Assembly (NCBI GenBank): GCA_043228905.1
Contig: JBHGNT010000006.1
Coordinates: 9,300,001-9,364,000 of the forward strand
Direction: 5' to 3'
DNA length: 64,000 nt
Origin: Azolla caroliniana
Taxonomy: Eukaryota; Plantae; Polypodiophyta
How positions within the stretch are numbered: position 1 is the first letter of the stretch; each line of letters begins with the position of its first letter. The notes below the pieces were generated by a model. That model was not told the DNA's origin and made no database searches. It saw only the letters and a list, made by a program, of their open reading frames with translations. A program made the position numbers and the translations under genes. Positions 59,604-64,000 of the stretch are shown piece by piece.

Positions 59604-60194
59604 ATGGGCGGACGCAATGCCGGGGCGTGCTTCGGGCTCACAACGGAGGTGTTGGTGGTGGCATTGTGGGCGGTGATGGTGCTAGCCACTACGCATTGGC
59701 CGGATGCGGTGGGTGCGGGCCGCTACCACTCGTACGTAGGGATGGCCAAGGATGCGGTGACCACGAACGACACGGGCACGGGCAGGAACGCGTCCCTCGA
59801 ATATTACGTGCAAGTGGTGGTGGGGGCCCCGTACACGGGGGAGGTGGCGCCGCCCCTCGACAATGACACCACATATAGCTTCGGGTCGGTCGAGGTCTTC
59901 GACTTCAACATTACCGCGGGCGCGTCCAATGTGTCCGAGTCCCTTGGTCATGTGCGCGGCTACACGGTGCAGGCCAGCTACACTTCGATCAGCCATGAGG
60001 TGGAGGTGGAGGTGGTTTCTTATGATGATGGGGCTGGCACCAATGGCACCCTCAGCCTCCAAGGCCTCATCAACCTCTCAACCAATGAGATTGCCATTGT
60101 TGGCGGGAGCGGCTCCTTCCGGGGCGCACGTGGCTATGTCATCATCTCCATGATCAGCCCCACCGTCTACCACCATGCCCTTTACTTCCTCTAA
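59604..60194 (+). CDS. Dirigent-like secreted protein
   Basis: Intronless 196-aa ORF with a hydrophobic signal/anchor, then LEYYVQ, FGSVEVFDFNIT.G, LGHVRG, GTLSLQG, EIAIVGGSGSFRGARGY, and several NxS/T sites. Confidence 0.88.
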   Translation: MGGRNAGACFGLTTEVLVVALWAVMVLATTHWPDAVGAGRYHSYVGMAKDAVTTNDTGTGRNASLEYYVQVVVGAPYTGEVAPPLDNDTTYSFGSVEVFDFNITAGASNVSESLGHVRGYTVQASYTSISHEVEVEVVSYDDGAGTNGTLSLQGLINLSTNEIAIVGGSGSFRGARGYVIISMISPTVYHHALYFL

Positions 60195-61078
60195 AAGAAA
60201 TCATATATAACCTTCTTCTTCCTCCAATAAATCTAGAACCCTAGGTTCCTAGGACCACACACACACACACTAATGTTCAACTGTGTATGGGCAAGTTAAT
60301 TTGGTTGTTGCACCCATAAATAAATAAAGAAGGACTTTGGTTGATCCTAACTACCAGCATATATAGTTAGCTAATGCTAAATATGATCCTAATTCAACAA
60401 TCTGCTACAGACTACTATAATACTATCATGACAAATTAATTATGAGCTAAGAATATGATCAAGATTTGATAATAATAATAATAACAATAACTCCTATGTA
60501 TACTATTATTGTGATTATATAATTTTATTGATTGTATGTGTATATACCCAATGTTATAACTACATACAGTAATTGACTTTATACTTGATTAAGTATTTCT
60601 GTGATCAGAAAATGTTCAAGAGGGTGGTTAGGGTTTACGTATGGTATATGCATAAGATACATAGTCTAGATAGGCATGGTTGTTATCTACGTGATGAAGA
60701 CGAATGCCCATACCCACAAAAATGTATGCTGGAGGAGCTCTTTAATCCAGTAGACGGGGAGGGCTAATGTGAGAAATATTCATTCGAATCTTCAAAAACC
60801 TTCATAATCACAAACTATCTATTGACAGCGTTTTTTAATAAGGTAGAGGAACTTAGGCCTCCCATATAATCTACAAGCATCAATGACGCATTATAATTTG
60901 TTGGACCTGAATCATAGTCTCTTCTTTCTCAAAGTACCTTACCCTAGTGGTAAGTTGTTACTGCGGATGTGCGTGCTTAGACCTAATTGGTTTAATATGT
61001 GAGTCTGAATTGCAATCTTCTTATTGAGGCCCTCGTTGTAAGCAATCTTAAGTTACTAAACAATCCCCTTCTCTTCAA

Positions 61079-61197
61079 CAGTTGGATTAACGAAGAAATT
61101 AGTTTATAAGATCTAATGTCTTAATCAATACACTTGACAGTTGGATTAACGAAGAAATTAGTTTATAAGATCTAATGTCTTAATCAATACACTTGAT
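61079..61197. repeat. Perfect 59-bp tandem duplication
   Basis: CAGTTGGATTAACGAAGAAATTAG...CAATACACTTGA twice. Confidence 0.9.
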
Positions 61198-62149
61198 AAA
61201 TTAATTAAGACATGAAAGCACAGACATGAAGTATAAACACGTTTCAGTCAGTTGAAACAACCACGACCATCCAGTGAAGACGGACTTCTTTGATGGAATT
61301 GTTGCACTATTCCAAGCTATGACAGAGATGGTAGGACAAGATTTAGGGTTTAGGGTTTAGGAGTGTAGTTGAAGCATTATGCCCAATCTATAAAGTTCTC
61401 GCTGAAGAGAAATAAAAAAGAGATTAACAATAAGGAACGCCTAATAAAAGTGTTATGTTCCCATATATTGTAAGTGAGGGTAGGTCACCAATATTTAAAA
61501 AATGTAAGTGAGGGTATATTCACTAATGTTAGAAATGTACTGATGTGTTGCATATAGGGAATGGTAGTTGCATGCATTATCATGATCTTCACAACCAATA
61601 AATGGAGTCTTTTAGAAAAGCATATCTATTGACAATGCCTACGAAGAAGTATAAACATGGCGTCTAGCTACCCTTCTAACATACATTACATCGGAAGGTT
61701 GAGGTATTAAGACATCAACCGTGCAGGCTAGGCTTCGTCACAATAATCATGTTACCTCGTCCAAGGTACTAATCATCCTAATATCCAATTGGTATGGGAT
61801 GTCGATGGTAGGTTGGCTATGTCTTGGTCATACCTTGGGGTTGCTTGGAAGGATAAGGTTCCTCCGTCCAATCTACTCACCTTTTTTTACTCTAATTTTG
61901 ATCTATTAATTGATAGGAGATTCTTAGCAAACAAGGACATTAGATTCAAAATGGTAGAAGTAGGAGATTTTACAATGCATCTATCCAACAACCAAGTCAC
62001 AATTCCCTTAGGAGAGCTCTTAGGCATGCCAACATCATGGGTATCATGAAGAGAAAGAGAGGCAACCAACAAAGTAAGGCGATGGTAACAAGGCTATGAA
62101 TGTGTTGACTAACATTTGACTACATAAGGGTTCCACATCATCAAAGAAT

Positions 62150-62990
62150 TGGCCAACAGTCATTACATCAGGCTACATTGATGTGTGCAATGAATAAGAC
62201 TAGTGCAAATCAAGGAAATAGAAGAACCAATAAATATTTGTTGGATTGATCGAGTATGGCTCAAAAATAATTAGGCTCATGTTGTCTAACTTTTATTAGA
62301 AGGGGAGACAATCAATGAAAATTGGTCATGCGTGGAATATCTAAGTGGCAATGTGCATGACTAAGGCACTTTAGGGGGTTTGCCCAAAATTAATGGTGTT
62401 AATTGGATATGTTTCTATTGACCAACACTTTGTTGTAGAAGTTTCCTCTTTGCATTCAATTATTCTTGGCAAACTCTGCACAGTTGTGGCAAGAATAAAG
62501 ACAAGTTGGTGGACAATTAATTGGGGAGATGGAGAGTGTTGAATAGGGTCAAATAGGATTGAGAATAATTCCACTAAACACTAATGCTTGGTACAATACC
62601 GAGTTCACAGAAATACAAGATTGTTGTTATGAAGGTGAGACCAATGGCAGTTCCTTTACCAAAGGTTAGTTGGCAAAATCTAAAATAAGTTACGACCGCT
62701 CATAGCCTTCATGACCCAAGGGAATCGAGCACATGATCACCAATGAGATGCAAGGAAAGCTTAGAGTTAGCTGACATGGGTTCCTCCTCCCAAAGAAGGA
62801 ACATGCTTCAAGACAATGTTGGAAAGGTGCCATAAGGCTTTTGCCTTTTTCCCAACAGATTTACTGAATTGTACAAACTTTCATTAAGTTGACTATTATC
62901 TTTATAGTTCCCCTTGTGCCATGGAATCTAAATCCAATTCTAATACCAAAGACCCATGTCGAAAAGTAACTGATCTCTTGGAGGTGTAAA
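62150..62990 (+). mobile_element. Highly decayed Ty3/gypsy pol remnant (protease to pre-RT)
   Basis: Fragments LIEYGSK, FKTMLERCHKAFAFS and IIFIVPLVPWNLNPILIPK resemble LIDHGSE..KAFAF..VIFTVPHVPW.LKPIP.P of non-seed-plant gypsies; limits are approximate. Confidence 0.45.
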
Positions 62991-64000
62991 AAAATGCAGA
63001 TCCCTCAAATGCCAGGCCTGATCTTTGAGCAAAATGCACCCAGGCATAAAGTATAAGAGGCCAGATCCAAGTTCAAAACATGTACGGAGTATTGCTCTTC
63101 AGTCTACATATAGAGGTGCATCAAAGTGACAAAGAGGTATTTAAAGCTCGGACCAAGAGTGCAAGCTTAATTCACTTATGATGGAGGGTTGCAAATCAGC
63201 TTCTCTGTAGAGGAAGGTCAACTGGAAATTGTTGAAGACTAGGTGCAAATGAACATTGGGAAAGACAAATATCAACTCTGGTTGGTTGTCTCCTATATCA
63301 ATGCAACATAAGACAAAAATTTGGCTCAAATATTGGCAAAGTTTACGCCGAATCCAAAACCATACAATTACATATCTGAAGATTACTGTCAAATAAGGCA
63401 TCAATCTTTATTAAGTGATAGTTACCTAAACATTGTGATTCCAACTAGGCTGCGGATTCTCAAGGACAAGGTCAAACTCTAGATTTTGTTTCACCATTGG
63501 GTTCATGGATATAAAATATTTCCACCTCTGAGCTGTGTAGTGGTGCTTCAACAATATTAGGACAAGAACGCAACTTTAGGAGCAAAATTTGCATGCATCC
63601 TGTGAAATTTCAACAAGTTAAATTCTCTAATTGCTTGGATATGCTATGGTATTATACGAATCACAGTATAAAACATTAAAAAATATGAAGTTAACAAACA
63701 TTCAAAGATGTCGAATGAGTAAGGCTTAATTAACAAGAAACACAAAATAAAATAAAATAAAATAAAATAACATAAAGACAATTAAAGGCTGACAAGTCTA
63801 ATATGCATGTAATACCTGGAGGAATCATAAAATGAGTTAATGTTTTGATTGAAAACATTAGAGAATTATCAGAACATTTTCCAGAAAAGCATTTCTTTGT
63901 AATCTGAAATGGTACATATCCATGTAATAATTTTTACATGGCTATAAATTGCTCCTTATGCCATGAAGCCCTCTTTCTCATTGACACCAGCAATTTGTTA

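Noticed and set aside
61342-61361. Telomeric TTTAGGG repeats
   Set aside because: Under three units; a common interstitial telobox-like motif, not a telomere

Overview
This is repeat-rich land-plant nuclear DNA; a fern or other non-seed plant is my inference from the PLS-class PPR gene and the TE families. Host genes are few: the 5' part of an IDM1-like gene (minus strand, runs off the left edge, missed by the ORF track), a PLS-class PPR gene, a PIP aquaporin pseudogene and a dirigent-like gene. Positions ~4.6-57.6 kb are mostly a nested TE pile. An old Ty1/copia is split by a ~30-kb Ty3/gypsy (TSD ATTAA). That gypsy contains a gag-only LTR element, a MITE, an hAT carrying two FCF1 exons, and three nested copias, the innermost intact and very young. 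The main finding is a 9.26-kb TIR DNA transposon (40680-49942, 36-bp TIRs, 4-bp TSD TGTT, Sola1-like transposase). Divergent from the transposase, it carries a six-exon, uninterrupted ~974-aa gene that fuses a ParB/Srx-like domain to a bacterial-type beta-class N4C/N6A DNA amino-methyltransferase. Intron 1 of that gene holds nine 25-bp palindromes at an exact 51-bp period, with spacers that flip orientation. Together these look like a self-contained 'ParB + parS-like array + DNA methylase' module on a plant transposon. All family calls come from motif recognition by eye; no searches were run.
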